Below, piece after piece: positions 9,201 to 17,831 of a DNA stretch of 53,673 bases (its first letter is position 1; every line of letters begins with the position of its first letter). Source of the DNA: a virus (taxonomy: Duplodnaviria; Caudoviricetes). A program made the position numbers and the translations under genes. The DNA is taken from positions 1 to 53,673 of IMG/VR virus record IMGVR_UViG_3300031111_000014, one strand, 5' to 3'. Under the pieces are notes generated by a model that worked only from the letters and a program-made list of their open reading frames with translations, was not told where the DNA came from and did not search any database.

Positions 9201-11208
9201 GGATAATGTTGAGACGTATCGCGTAGCCCACGGCGTCAGTACCCACCACGCCAGGGAAATCCGACTTGCTCAGGATATGGATATGCAGCGGTCCGCCTCG
9301 GAGAGACTGGCCCACGGTTCTCCGCTATGGAAAGAAACCGTCAGGCGAATAGCCTCGTCCCTATCCCTTGAGCGCGAGGAGGCTACCCGTCTCGCCCACC
9401 TGATCGCCGGTGATAAGTTCGCGGTCAAGCGGCTGGCGCATGGGTTTGCTCTTGAAGCCGAAGAAAAGACGCTCATAGCCAACGCCATCGTTGCCGACAA
9501 GGTCCTGACTGAACGGGTGGCGCAGACCGTCATCCCCGACAAGACCACGCTCGAACGACTGGCCGCCGATCTCGACCTGGACAAAGAGACCGTCACGCGG
9601 TTGGCCCATATCTCCGTCATGGACAAAGAGGACGTGACGAGGCTCGCCCATGATCTCGACCTCCATTGGGAGAAGGTCATCAGGGTTGCCCACGCCCTCG
9701 TCTGTGAAAAGGAAGTAGTTGAGCGTCTGGCGCATACCGTTGACGCTACCCCAACCGGGTCGGTGCGTATCGCCAACCTATTGGCTCTCTGGGCTGAGAC
9801 CACCGAACGACTCGCTCAGACGGTGGCCGGAGATAAGGTCACGACGGCCAGGCTGTCGCAGACCCTCGACGCCGACAAGGAGGCCACGGAGCGTCTGTCG
9901 TCGGCCCTGGTAGTCGACAAGGTCCTTTCTGAGCGCGTAGCTCACATGCTCACGCCGGACAAGGAGTACCTGTCCCGAGTAGCCAACGCCCTGCAGGTAG
10001 ACAAAGAGACCGTCACCAGACTTGCCCATATAGCCGTATCCGACAAGACCGACCTTGAGCGATTGGCCAACGATCTTGACCTGCATTGGGAGACGGTGCT
10101 CAGGCTAGTCCACGGCATGGTCACAGACAAGGAAGTTACGGCGCGATTGGCTCACGACGCGCCGCTGTCGCCGGTCGAAATTACCCGCCTGGCCAATATC
10201 CTTGATCTCTGGAAGCAGACCACGGGCCGGTTGGCCCAAGCTGTGGTTGGCGATAAGGCCGATATTACTAGACTAGCTCAGGCTCTGACTACAGACAAAG
10301 AGCTGTCCGACCGGGTAGCTCATGCCGTCGTGACGGACCGTGTCCTCACGGACCGGGTCGCTAACCTGTTGACCCTTGATCGGATAAAAATAGAACGTCT
10401 AGCTAACGCCCTCGATCTCGACAAGGTAGACATCGCCTACCTGGCGAACCTGATCGTCTGCGATAAGGTCGACATCGAACGTCTGGCCAACACCCTTGAT
10501 CTCAGGTACGAGGAAACGCTCAGGCTCGCCCACTCTCTGGCGGTCGACAAGGAGAAGACTACAAGACTAGCTCATACGGTCGACTTCTCGTCGCAGACGA
10601 TTACCGAACGCCTGGCCAACATACTGGAACTCGACCGAGCTAAGACGAATCGGCTGGCGCAGACGATTACACCGGACAGGGAGATGGTCAGCCGGTTGGC
10701 CCACCTGCTCATATCCGACAAGATCCTGGTCGTCAGGCTCACCAATACGGCCGCTATGAGCGCCACGGCCACCGAACGGCTCGCCTCACACCTATCTACC
10801 GACAAGACAACTCTCGTGAGGCTCTGCCAGACTTTGGTGCCCGATGCTATCGAGGTCGAGAGAATCGCCAACGATCTGTCGATGGCGTACCAGGTGGCCA
10901 TCCGCGTTTCGCATACGATGATACCCGACAGGGAGATTGCCTCACGAATGGCCAACGCTCTGGCTCTCGTGTATGGCTTCTCTAGTATTGTCGGGCTCCA
11001 CTTTACCAACGAAAGCATGGCCAGCATTTCCATGACCGGGGAGGACATGGTAATGATGAGCATGAGCAACGATACCTTTGCCGCAATCTCGATGACCGGC
11101 GAAGATATGAAGTCTATCACCTTTGACGATGAAACCATGACGGGGATCTCGTTTACCAACGAGACCTTCAAGTCGGATGTCGAGCTGTCCGAAGTAGACG
11201 CCTCGTAA
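6214..11208 (+). CDS. Large tail fibre/receptor-binding protein: DUF2341-like domain interrupted by BNR_4-like beta-propeller, lectin-like segment, long 14-aa repeat stalk
   Basis: TTG start after AAAGGA; WWDVSYMKRRPI and DGGDVRIV...YWIYY...FFEDFE motifs; DTHFYPNI...GKLWIFWGGH, AYPRPL..NGDILVFLRG and Asp-box YSDDSGSTW; RLAxxLxxDKxxxx repeats. Confidence 0.7.
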   Translation: MASVTKTATTSSVTAFEGTGSNGWSNPDNARVSDNTYASSLNVASEKYFCIYTFGFDTDDIPESHKVDGVKVEVECQDTGFSFNNANIYLRFGASDYSASSKSLVFPAFENWVALGSATALFGESSIGDDVVRSSNFGVAIKRSGRPSDTTFRIDSVRITVYHSEDDQTVRLAGAVSGDKIGRARLAHIPDPDKTVLSRLAQGLTADKTVPGRLSNTLAFLYYEPEWWDVSYMKRRPISFGTDHDELPVGYTASVAFFTGYEERIATDGILNEAIQHSSKPLVNFQAADDNYYTVYAWTDTEGNIYVRKQTRTGASAGCWGSAVDTGLTGSGTDTHFYPNIVCADDGKLWIFWGGHNNDTKYAVSSAAYDETAWGSAQTLSGVLAYPRPLVDNNGDILVFLRGASSTEKMGFFRYDASASSWDPFKYIANYSVHKYLTALNTSIYCGGVAYDSSGDRIHVVLCWWDGYGNTNYNIGRAVSHIYSDDSGSTWYDLQQGSLVGNASTSSSSTEVVTYLGNATAGTSAPTKIFLSGDEDDDGTSEGWPGGTATSAPYYFTNTEACALDSRGYPYFLVQEIQDYKEEPCELWLARWSGSAWAKTNLSALSGGQKLFTHRTGGNLYVDDGGIVWVYGFVYDASAGDSQFAGERFRWRGLAYGTSWSAEWQTKNTAFGHGAMAVLPEVPYGGAREIIYCRDNDIFWTDDRYYPYVRQDGGDVRIVRQQMDAYGEYTNTEHDRLPDRFQAEDTAIYFKLQATVAQDSEHPGTEDRYWIYYNKYNATNAPNDPDNVYTFFEDFETYVATSDMDGQGGWFTSATANTYRPINHYDLSEWDQTGGSKIVGGAQCLLCYYPDTTPPYFLAKAVSWSDVRVSWWMGVHINPDNFNFVDLYESGGGWVRLGSIGNYCYYERSGDGTPQYSSKFALPGRYHHYEAVISGSSVSLYVDGATVLASDPEVSSVASIRIGTTGTLSRTVVDKIVVTKYVANAPALTLGDEEGEDNVETYRVAHGVSTHHAREIRLAQDMDMQRSASERLAHGSPLWKETVRRIASSLSLEREEATRLAHLIAGDKFAVKRLAHGFALEAEEKTLIANAIVADKVLTERVAQTVIPDKTTLERLAADLDLDKETVTRLAHISVMDKEDVTRLAHDLDLHWEKVIRVAHALVCEKEVVERLAHTVDATPTGSVRIANLLALWAETTERLAQTVAGDKVTTARLSQTLDADKEATERLSSALVVDKVLSERVAHMLTPDKEYLSRVANALQVDKETVTRLAHIAVSDKTDLERLANDLDLHWETVLRLVHGMVTDKEVTARLAHDAPLSPVEITRLANILDLWKQTTGRLAQAVVGDKADITRLAQALTTDKELSDRVAHAVVTDRVLTDRVANLLTLDRIKIERLANALDLDKVDIAYLANLIVCDKVDIERLANTLDLRYEETLRLAHSLAVDKEKTTRLAHTVDFSSQTITERLANILELDRAKTNRLAQTITPDREMVSRLAHLLISDKILVVRLTNTAAMSATATERLASHLSTDKTTLVRLCQTLVPDAIEVERIANDLSMAYQVAIRVSHTMIPDREIASRMANALALVYGFSSIVGLHFTNESMASISMTGEDMVMMSMSNDTFAAISMTGEDMKSITFDDETMTGISFTNETFKSDVELSEVDAS
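9220..10971 (+). repeat. Coding tandem repeat, 14-aa (42-bp) unit with a 140-aa (420-bp) higher-order period
   Basis: About 40 units of R[LV]AxxLxxDKxxxx; DLDLHWE codons recur at ~9652 and ~10072 (420 bp apart). Confidence 0.9.
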
Positions 11209-11254
11209 TATCCGCAATCCCACACAGTACAATCCCCGATAGGAGGGTGCTTAT

Positions 11255-11881
11255 ATGTCCATCCCGAATAAAGCGACTGGATACGGGGGCACTTCAGCCC
11301 GGTACGTATTCAGCTTCTATACCGATCAAGCCTTGTCCTCGAAAATCAAATACGAGGCTTACGACAACGACCAAACGTTTCCCGCCACAGATACCGTGAC
11401 GACCTCGGCCAACTACTCCCTGGCCGGTACGACCGCAAACTCCCATTATCCGATGGTCTGCCTGATCGACACCACGTCAGCGGCTCCGGCCAGTGCCGGG
11501 TGGAAACCCGCCACCCCGTCAGCCGGTGAGGCCAATCCCAACCGCCTGCGCGGCCAGACCTACTACGTGGAGCAGGACGGTTCGACGCTCGGCGCTGGTA
11601 CGGCCGCGTATTTCAATATGATCGTGGAGGTGCCGTATGACCTCGAGACGACCGATGCGATGGGCTTTGACCTGACGGTACGGTACACGTATACCGGCAC
11701 CGCCCCGACGCCCTACTTCCGGTTCAACGAGGGCAGCGACGCGACCCCGTCGTGGACCAACATCACGGTCGACACTCACGGCATCAAGCATTGCCGGTCC
11801 GGTTCGACGGCGTCCTATCTCTACGCCAATATCCCCGAATCCGGGACCGAGGACACCGCTGAGGGCTGGGTCACCACTTAA
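11255..11881 (+). CDS. Putative virion structural protein
   Basis: Thr/Gly/Tyr-rich beta-type composition, GGAGG RBS, in tail module. Confidence 0.5.
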   Translation: MSIPNKATGYGGTSARYVFSFYTDQALSSKIKYEAYDNDQTFPATDTVTTSANYSLAGTTANSHYPMVCLIDTTSAAPASAGWKPATPSAGEANPNRLRGQTYYVEQDGSTLGAGTAAYFNMIVEVPYDLETTDAMGFDLTVRYTYTGTAPTPYFRFNEGSDATPSWTNITVDTHGIKHCRSGSTASYLYANIPESGTEDTAEGWVTT

Positions 11882-11899
11882 CCTCTTGGAGGCAATCGC

Positions 11900-12286
11900 A
11901 TGGCAACAACCAAACAGGCCTATGAACAAACCAGCTCATGGTATTCCGCCGTCCTGAAGGATCAGAGCGACACCGCTATTGGCGTGTCCTCTATCTCGAC
12001 TTTGAACGTGACCCTATATGAGCCACATGGCGGCGCCACGATTAACGGCAGGGACGCCCAGGACGTCAAGAACTCCGGGGCCTGGGATAAGGGCGTGACG
12101 GTTACGGCCAACGGGACGGTAACATTTGCCCTTGAGGCCGATGACAATGCGATTGTCAATTCGGATAATGATGGCCGTCCGGAAGTCCACGTAATCGTAT
12201 TCGCCGGGACTACTACTGGAACACCTTCTTACGCATTCAAGCATAGATATGAATACCAGGTAATCAACTTACCCAAAACCAGTTAA
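11900..12286 (+). CDS. Putative virion protein (BppU N-terminal-like)
   Basis: GGAGG RBS; LKDQSDTAI...VTLY...NGTVTFAL pattern. Confidence 0.4.
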   Translation: MATTKQAYEQTSSWYSAVLKDQSDTAIGVSSISTLNVTLYEPHGGATINGRDAQDVKNSGAWDKGVTVTANGTVTFALEADDNAIVNSDNDGRPEVHVIVFAGTTTGTPSYAFKHRYEYQVINLPKTS

Positions 12287-12296
12287 CCGGAGGCTT

Positions 12297-12902
12297 ATGT
12301 TTTACGTGACCTTCCAGGACGGCTCATCTATCGTTGAAAGCGAAAATGAGTGTCCTACGTGGGATGATGTTCCACGAGACAAGCGGATAATGCAGGTGGC
12401 TCTTACCGACGGGGTTTCCCTCGTCGGTTCCCTTTCGGGCTGTGACTTCTACGTTGTAGTCTACGAGGGGGAGATGCGCATGCAAAACCGCTCAAGCATA
12501 CTCGATGGCGAGCAACGACGGGGCCCAAGCCGACAGATCGTGGCGCAACATCTGTACGGGTTGCGGGACCTAACCCAGAGCAAGCGGTTTGTTCGGAACG
12601 CGGCGTGGGCTCTACGGCGTGAACTGGCCGATGACGGGGAAAAGGTACAGGCCCATGTGGGCGAGAATTCGCTCTTGCTCAAGGGGCAGCGCCTGACTAT
12701 TGCGGAACTACAACATCGGGCCGAGTCGATCATCAACAAGATCAACGGCCTCGAGGTGGAGGGGGTGTCCCTCATGCTTTCCCACTCCCATATGCCCCGC
12801 AAGGACTTCAATGAATCGCCAGAGGGGCTACGGGAAGGGGTATCATACCCCCCGACAGACGAATTCAAGGATCAGACAAAAGCCGAACTACTCCGCTGGT
12901 AA
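12297..12902 (+). CDS. Hypothetical protein
   Basis: GGAGG RBS, 201 aa ORF in operon. Confidence 0.6.
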   Translation: MFYVTFQDGSSIVESENECPTWDDVPRDKRIMQVALTDGVSLVGSLSGCDFYVVVYEGEMRMQNRSSILDGEQRRGPSRQIVAQHLYGLRDLTQSKRFVRNAAWALRRELADDGEKVQAHVGENSLLLKGQRLTIAELQHRAESIINKINGLEVEGVSLMLSHSHMPRKDFNESPEGLREGVSYPPTDEFKDQTKAELLRW

Positions 12903-12905
12903 ATT

Positions 12906-12933
12906 CCGAAAAAGACCTTTGTGTGATTTTTTT
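12906..12933 (+). promoter_or_regulatory. 28-bp repeated regulatory motif, copy 1 (upstream of lysis genes)
   Basis: CCGAAAAAGACCTTTGTGTGATTTTTTT; 27/28 identical to 33440-33467 and 22/28 to 40133-40160. Confidence 0.7.
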
Positions 12934-12978
12934 CAACTAGCGGTGTTTCTACTTTGCTACTGACAGCAAGGAGGACGT

Positions 12979-13377
12979 ATGGCCTATACTCTGTCCGAAT
13001 CATCCCTGACCGAGCTGGAGACCTGTGATCCGAGTCTCGTGCGCGTGGTTATGGAGGTCGCCCCGATTTTCAATATCAGGGTTATCCAGGGCCACCGTGG
13101 CCGCGATCTCCAAAACCAGCTATTCGAAAAGGGGCTTTCAAAAGTCAGGTGGCCAAACAGCAAGCATAATGTGAAGCCGTCTCTGGCTGCAGATATCGTG
13201 CCCTATCCCATAGACTGGAATGATCTGAAACGCTTCTACTATCTCGGTGGGCTGATGGCTGCCGTGGGGGTACGCAAGCGAACGCCTATCCGCTGGGGGG
13301 GGGACTGGAACCAGAACGGCATCTTTACCGATCAGACGTTCCATGACCTTTGCCATTTCGAACTATTTGAACCATAG
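12979..13377 (+). CDS. Endolysin, peptidase M15 family
   Basis: GHRG..Q, SKH......AADI, IRWGGDW, DLCHFE motifs; AAGGAGG RBS. Confidence 0.9.
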   Translation: MAYTLSESSLTELETCDPSLVRVVMEVAPIFNIRVIQGHRGRDLQNQLFEKGLSKVRWPNSKHNVKPSLAADIVPYPIDWNDLKRFYYLGGLMAAVGVRKRTPIRWGGDWNQNGIFTDQTFHDLCHFELFEP

Positions 13378-13385
13378 GAGAAGAC

Positions 13386-13658
13386 ATGGAAACACTTGAA
13401 CTACTGTTGCCGTTCGTAATGGGCGGTGCTATCTGGCCGATCGTGGCGGTGCTCAAGAAGTACGTCCCGGTCCGGCCGGAATTTCTCGCTCTGGTGTTCG
13501 CGTTCTTTGCGACCTGGGGCCTGACAACGTGGCTGGTCCCCGAGCCTACAGCATGGATCGATATCATTAAGATCGCGGTCGGGGCCGTTGGGACCGCTGC
13601 CGTACTGGTCGGCGGGACGAAGATCGCCACAAACAAAAACGATCACTCATCGAGGTAA
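13386..13658 (+). CDS. Putative holin
   Basis: 90 aa, three hydrophobic segments, polar/basic C-terminus, directly after endolysin. Confidence 0.7.
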   Translation: METLELLLPFVMGGAIWPIVAVLKKYVPVRPEFLALVFAFFATWGLTTWLVPEPTAWIDIIKIAVGAVGTAAVLVGGTKIATNKNDHSSR

Positions 13659-13661
13659 CCC

Positions 13662-14162
13662 ATGAAGAAGCTACTACTCATCGTACTGCTGTTGCTGGTT
13701 TGGTCGGCTGTGCCGACGGCCATCAATGCTCAGTCGGTCCCGGGTGACGCCAAGCTGATCGGCGCCACGTTCGGCGTCACGCTCGACAAGGACAAATCAC
13801 CCCAACTTACATACTCCCTTTCATACCAGGCTCCCGGTTTATACAAGTGGACCGGCGGTCTGTTTGAAAAGGCCGTCCTCGGGGCGGTCTATCAGCAGCA
13901 GGGGGTCTTCGACAAGGCCGAATTATACGCAGCCAGAATCGGCGGACTCCGCGGTCTCTATTGGAAAAAGGTCTACGTCGTCTATGGTGTCGGCGCCTGG
14001 TATATGGCGAACACTACCGGTAGTGACTACGTGAGGGCCGCGACTATGGTGCAGCTCGGGGTCAAGACCGGGGCGTTCGACTTCTATGTCGGGACAGACG
14101 CGGTCGATTATGGGACATCGCTAACATACTACACCTTCGGCGGTTTCCTGCTCGACCTATAA
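13662..14162 (+). CDS. Secreted protein, possible small outer-membrane beta-barrel
   Basis: Signal peptide MKKLLLIVLLLLVWSA...; alternating hydrophobic/aromatic beta-strand pattern to the C-terminus. Confidence 0.5.
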   Translation: MKKLLLIVLLLLVWSAVPTAINAQSVPGDAKLIGATFGVTLDKDKSPQLTYSLSYQAPGLYKWTGGLFEKAVLGAVYQQQGVFDKAELYAARIGGLRGLYWKKVYVVYGVGAWYMANTTGSDYVRAATMVQLGVKTGAFDFYVGTDAVDYGTSLTYYTFGGFLLDL

Positions 14163-14683
14163 TGCCAAGACCGTTGCACATCGTACAGGGGTATCTCAGA
14201 CAATGGGATATCCCCTGTAAAATCCACCTCGGGGAATTTCTGCCAGACCCCGAACCGACCGTTTACCATCGCAAGGTCGGTGACTTTTCTCTGTACTGTT
14301 TGTTCCATTGGCGGGACTGGTCGACATGGCCCGCCATAATCAAGCCGCTGGATGAACACCCCTTTGATTTCGAGGGTGCTTTGATCGGTCCGAACTGGTC
14401 AGCCGCTGTGTTTCACCACGAGATCAAGTTCATTAACCAACAGGCGCAGACGATCCACGTCGAGCCAGCGGGGCACGGTATCGACTTCTATTCCCGCCCG
14501 GGTGTGTTTCTCTGGCTGCCGTTCGGTGATTACAAGCTGATCGAGATCACGAATGACATGGTCGACGTCTGGACGCGGGAGTTCCAACCGATATTCAACC
14601 GCAACGGCGTACACATGCCGTGGCAATGGTGCGACGGCCTAATGTGGCACAACCCCGACAAAGTGAGGCTGGAGTGTCACTAA
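14162..14683 (+). CDS. Hypothetical protein
   Basis: 173 aa ORF coupled to upstream stop. Confidence 0.55.
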   Translation: MPRPLHIVQGYLRQWDIPCKIHLGEFLPDPEPTVYHRKVGDFSLYCLFHWRDWSTWPAIIKPLDEHPFDFEGALIGPNWSAAVFHHEIKFINQQAQTIHVEPAGHGIDFYSRPGVFLWLPFGDYKLIEITNDMVDVWTREFQPIFNRNGVHMPWQWCDGLMWHNPDKVRLECH

Positions 14684-15423
14684 AGTGGCCTGACGACTAC
14701 ATCAACAAGGTTATCTGCGGTGACTGCCTCGAAGTAATGAAGGGCATCCCCGACGGTTCTGTTGATCTCGTCGTGACCGACCCGCCGTATGGGGTGACCG
14801 CCTGTGACTGGGACCAACCAATAGACCTTGCTAATATGTGGAGACACGTTAAAAGGATTGGGGCTCCTAATTGCGCTTGTATTATTACGTCTATTCAGCC
14901 CTTTACCACGGATTTAATAAATAGTAACCGCGATTGGTTTGCTTATGAGTGGATATGGGAGAAAACTAAAGGGAGTGGACACATGGACGCCAATCGAAAA
15001 CCAATGCGCATACATGAAAATATATGTGTGTTTACAAAGAAAGGGTATCCACGCTATCAGCCGCAGGGCCTAATCGAGGGAACGTATAAAACGGGTCGGG
15101 ACGTTAATGTCGAGGGGAAAGTATATCATCAATATGGCAATCATGGTACAAGCAAATTCGGTAATTTCCCTAAAAGTATCATCAAAATCCCCAACCCGTC
15201 CGGCATCAATCATCCACATCCTACCCAGAAACCAGTTGCACTTATGGCCTACTTATTGAAAACACACGGCACCATTGGCGACATCATCCTCGACCCCTTT
15301 GCTGGTTCCGGCACGACCTGCGTAGCGGCCAAGCAACTTGGGCGCAAGTATATCGGTATTGAAATCGACCCCGACTATTGCAAGACAGCCGAGGACAGGT
15401 TGAGGCAAGGGGAATTGTTTTGA
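14674..15423 (+). CDS. DNA methyltransferase (N6_N4_Mtase, beta class, DPPY)
   Basis: GDCLEVMK, TDPPY, HPTQKP, DPFAGSGTT; likely GTG start at 14674. Confidence 0.92.
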   Translation: MSLKWPDDYINKVICGDCLEVMKGIPDGSVDLVVTDPPYGVTACDWDQPIDLANMWRHVKRIGAPNCACIITSIQPFTTDLINSNRDWFAYEWIWEKTKGSGHMDANRKPMRIHENICVFTKKGYPRYQPQGLIEGTYKTGRDVNVEGKVYHQYGNHGTSKFGNFPKSIIKIPNPSGINHPHPTQKPVALMAYLLKTHGTIGDIILDPFAGSGTTCVAAKQLGRKYIGIEIDPDYCKTAEDRLRQGELF

Positions 15424-15424
15424 T

Positions 15425-15652
15425 ATGCAGACGCGCACTCAGAGCCTGATCGAGTCGACGACAAATATAATCATCGGGTATCTCGTCGCGGTCGCAAGTC
15501 AGATCGCAATCTTCCCTCTGTTCGACATCCATGTTGACGTTCACAGCAACCTGCTGATAGGGCTGTGGTTCACGGCTATAAGTCTAGCCCGCAGTTACCT
15601 GCTTCGGCGTTGGTTTACATCTAGAACACTTAGACATGAGGAGGCATCTTGA
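15425..15652 (+). CDS. Small two-TM phage membrane protein
   Basis: QTRTQSLIESTTNIIIGY...SLARSYLLRRWF pattern, two hydrophobic segments. Confidence 0.65.
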   Translation: MQTRTQSLIESTTNIIIGYLVAVASQIAIFPLFDIHVDVHSNLLIGLWFTAISLARSYLLRRWFTSRTLRHEEAS

Positions 15653-16020
15653 ATCTAGCCGACCTGACCGAAGAAGAGCGTACCCTGATTGAGGGAATGA
15701 GGATACTGGCAAGGCTTGATCCGCGGTTTAAGTTCCTCGCCAGCAGTCGAGCATCTAGAGACCGCATTATGATTGACAGGGGCGCCCTGTATAACGGCAA
15801 TGGATCAAGCGTCATCAAGCAACTCTATTACAAGAAAGATCAATCAGCGTTCCATAAGGCTTTTGACCCGATGAATCGTCTCGAAAATATCTGTTGCACA
15901 AAAGAGGCCGGACAGGGTCTGCCTGACGCCACACTTCTTGAGCTGCCACAGGACGCCGCCAACTATCTGGATATGTGGCTGTGCTGTCGAGAGGACTTCA
16001 AAGCTAACGGCGGGGGATAG
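15649..16020 (+). CDS. Hypothetical protein
   Basis: GAGGAGG RBS, TTG start overlapping upstream stop. Confidence 0.55.
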   Translation: MNLADLTEEERTLIEGMRILARLDPRFKFLASSRASRDRIMIDRGALYNGNGSSVIKQLYYKKDQSAFHKAFDPMNRLENICCTKEAGQGLPDATLLELPQDAANYLDMWLCCREDFKANGGG

Positions 16021-16021
16021 T

Positions 16022-17302
16022 ATGAACAAGATAACCGATCAGCAGGTACTTGACGCTGTGTCCGACCACAAGGGGAACAAATCTCAGGCTGCTCGGTCCC
16101 TCGGTATGAGCCGGTCTGCCCTGCGTGATCGGTTGACACGGCTTGAGGCCGGACACTCGACTACCGAAAGATTGGCCTACAAGTCCCGACAGGAACGGGA
16201 CACCTGGTACATCGAGATAAACGGTGACGAGCGTATCCGTAATGCCGACGACGCCATAGCGAAGGCCGGAGTCGATCCCGCGATATGGGAGATCGAGCGG
16301 GTACTGGTGAACGGCTGGGACACAACGATGAAAATGAGGATCGGCGACGAGGACAAAGTCACCGTCAACCAGAACCAGCAGATCAAGGTCTGGTTGCGCC
16401 GGAAGGTCCCCCTGATCGCCGAGAAAGCCGCCGAGGCGCTTATCAAGCGCATGAACCTGCACTCACCCAAGTATCCGAAACTCCCCAAGTTCAAAAAGAT
16501 CAAAGACCCGCACTTACTCGAGGTCTCGGTATTCGACCACCATTTCGGGAAGCTGGCGTGGGGTGAGGAAACCGGCACGAATTACGATCTCGATATAGCC
16601 GAACGCATATTTAAGGAGGCCGTCGAGGATCTGCTTGCTAAAGCCAAATCGTTCCCGGTCGAGCGTATCCTGTTCCCCGTGGGGCAGGACTTTTTCCACG
16701 TAGACAACCCAGCGAACACCACAATCAACGGGACAGTCCAGGACGTCGACGGCCGCTATCAGAAGATGTTCCAAACAGGCGCGCTGGCCTGCATCAAAAT
16801 GATTGATCGGATGAGCCAGATCGCCCCGGTCGACATCCTGAGCGTCCCCGGGAACCATGACCGAACGATGGCGTGGTATTTGGCCGCGTACCTGAAAGCA
16901 TGGTATCGCCTTTGCGATCGGGTGTCTGTTGACCTGTCTCCGAAGCTCCGTAAATACTACCCCTATGGGGCGACCCTGATCGGGCTGACCCACGGCGACG
17001 AGGAAAAGCATCGGGATCTCCCTATTATCATGGCCGGGGAAGTCCCGCAGTTGTGGGCCGAGAGTCTGTACCGTGAGATTCATACCGGGCACTGGCACAA
17101 GAAGAAGGAGACCTGGTATAATTCCTGTGATACGCACGGAGGGGTGCCCGTGAGGGTCTTGCCCAGCCTGTCCGGGACCGACTTCTACCATTACCGAAAA
17201 GGCTACGTAAATAACCGGCAGGCGGCAGAGGCCTATCTCTATTCGTTCAGGGACGGCTATGCCGGTCACCTCTCATCGAGGGCTCCGGTCTATGGCGAAT
17301 AA
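16022..17302 (+). CDS. HTH-fused calcineurin-like metallophosphoesterase
   Basis: N-terminal GNKSQAARSLGMSRSAL HTH; DHHFG, GQDFFH, PGNHD, THGD, GHWH motifs; ATG at 16022. Confidence 0.8.
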   Translation: MNKITDQQVLDAVSDHKGNKSQAARSLGMSRSALRDRLTRLEAGHSTTERLAYKSRQERDTWYIEINGDERIRNADDAIAKAGVDPAIWEIERVLVNGWDTTMKMRIGDEDKVTVNQNQQIKVWLRRKVPLIAEKAAEALIKRMNLHSPKYPKLPKFKKIKDPHLLEVSVFDHHFGKLAWGEETGTNYDLDIAERIFKEAVEDLLAKAKSFPVERILFPVGQDFFHVDNPANTTINGTVQDVDGRYQKMFQTGALACIKMIDRMSQIAPVDILSVPGNHDRTMAWYLAAYLKAWYRLCDRVSVDLSPKLRKYYPYGATLIGLTHGDEEKHRDLPIIMAGEVPQLWAESLYREIHTGHWHKKKETWYNSCDTHGGVPVRVLPSLSGTDFYHYRKGYVNNRQAAEAYLYSFRDGYAGHLSSRAPVYGE

Positions 17303-17453
17303 AGAAAAGCCCAAGAAGCCGCGGCGCCGTCTTCAGACGCTGGCCGAGGGTTTCGGCAAATTCACCCTGAAACGTCTAGCCCTCGGCGACGGCAAGTCAA
17401 AGCTGCTCATCGAGTTCGAAATCGAGGACGCTAAGGGCAAGACGAACAACTAA
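17292..17453 (+). CDS. Small basic hypothetical protein
   Basis: ATG at 17292 overlapping upstream gene. Confidence 0.4.
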   Translation: MANKEKPKKPRRRLQTLAEGFGKFTLKRLALGDGKSKLLIEFEIEDAKGKTNN

Positions 17454-17797
17454 ACGCCAGCCACCAGGTAAACTATCAGGCTGACCGCCGTAGCCACGCC
17501 CACCACTATCAGGGTCGTATTGGTGCTCTCGCGGGTGGCCTCCGCAATCTCCTCGCCCCAATTATTCACCGGCGTTATCACCATTGTCGAATCCACGACC
17601 GTAGTGGAATCGTTCACGACGGTCTTATGGACCGTCCAGATGGTATCCTGCGTCCGCTGCTGAGTATCTCCGCCCGACATCTCCAACGCCAGGTTCACCG
17701 GCGCCACAAACCGAGAGGGCTGCAAATCTACCGGCCCCCCGGCAACACTCCCCACCATTAATAGTATCAGAACTGCGATACAAGCCGACCGTTTCAT
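17450..17797 (-). CDS. Membrane-anchored exported protein co-oriented with integrase
   Basis: N-terminal signal peptide, C-terminal TM; directly downstream of int. Confidence 0.6.
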   Translation of the reverse strand: MKRSACIAVLILLMVGSVAGGPVDLQPSRFVAPVNLALEMSGGDTQQRTQDTIWTVHKTVVNDSTTVVDSTMVITPVNNWGEEIAEATRESTNTTLIVVGVATAVSLIVYLVAGV

Positions 17798-17831
17798 ACT
17801 GTCCCCGCTTGTTTAAGGTTTCGGCGGACTG

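Noticed and set aside
9220-10971. CRISPR array or DGR template/variable repeats
   Set aside because: Repeats are degenerate at DNA level and conserved at protein level; no cas or reverse transcriptase gene seen in the window
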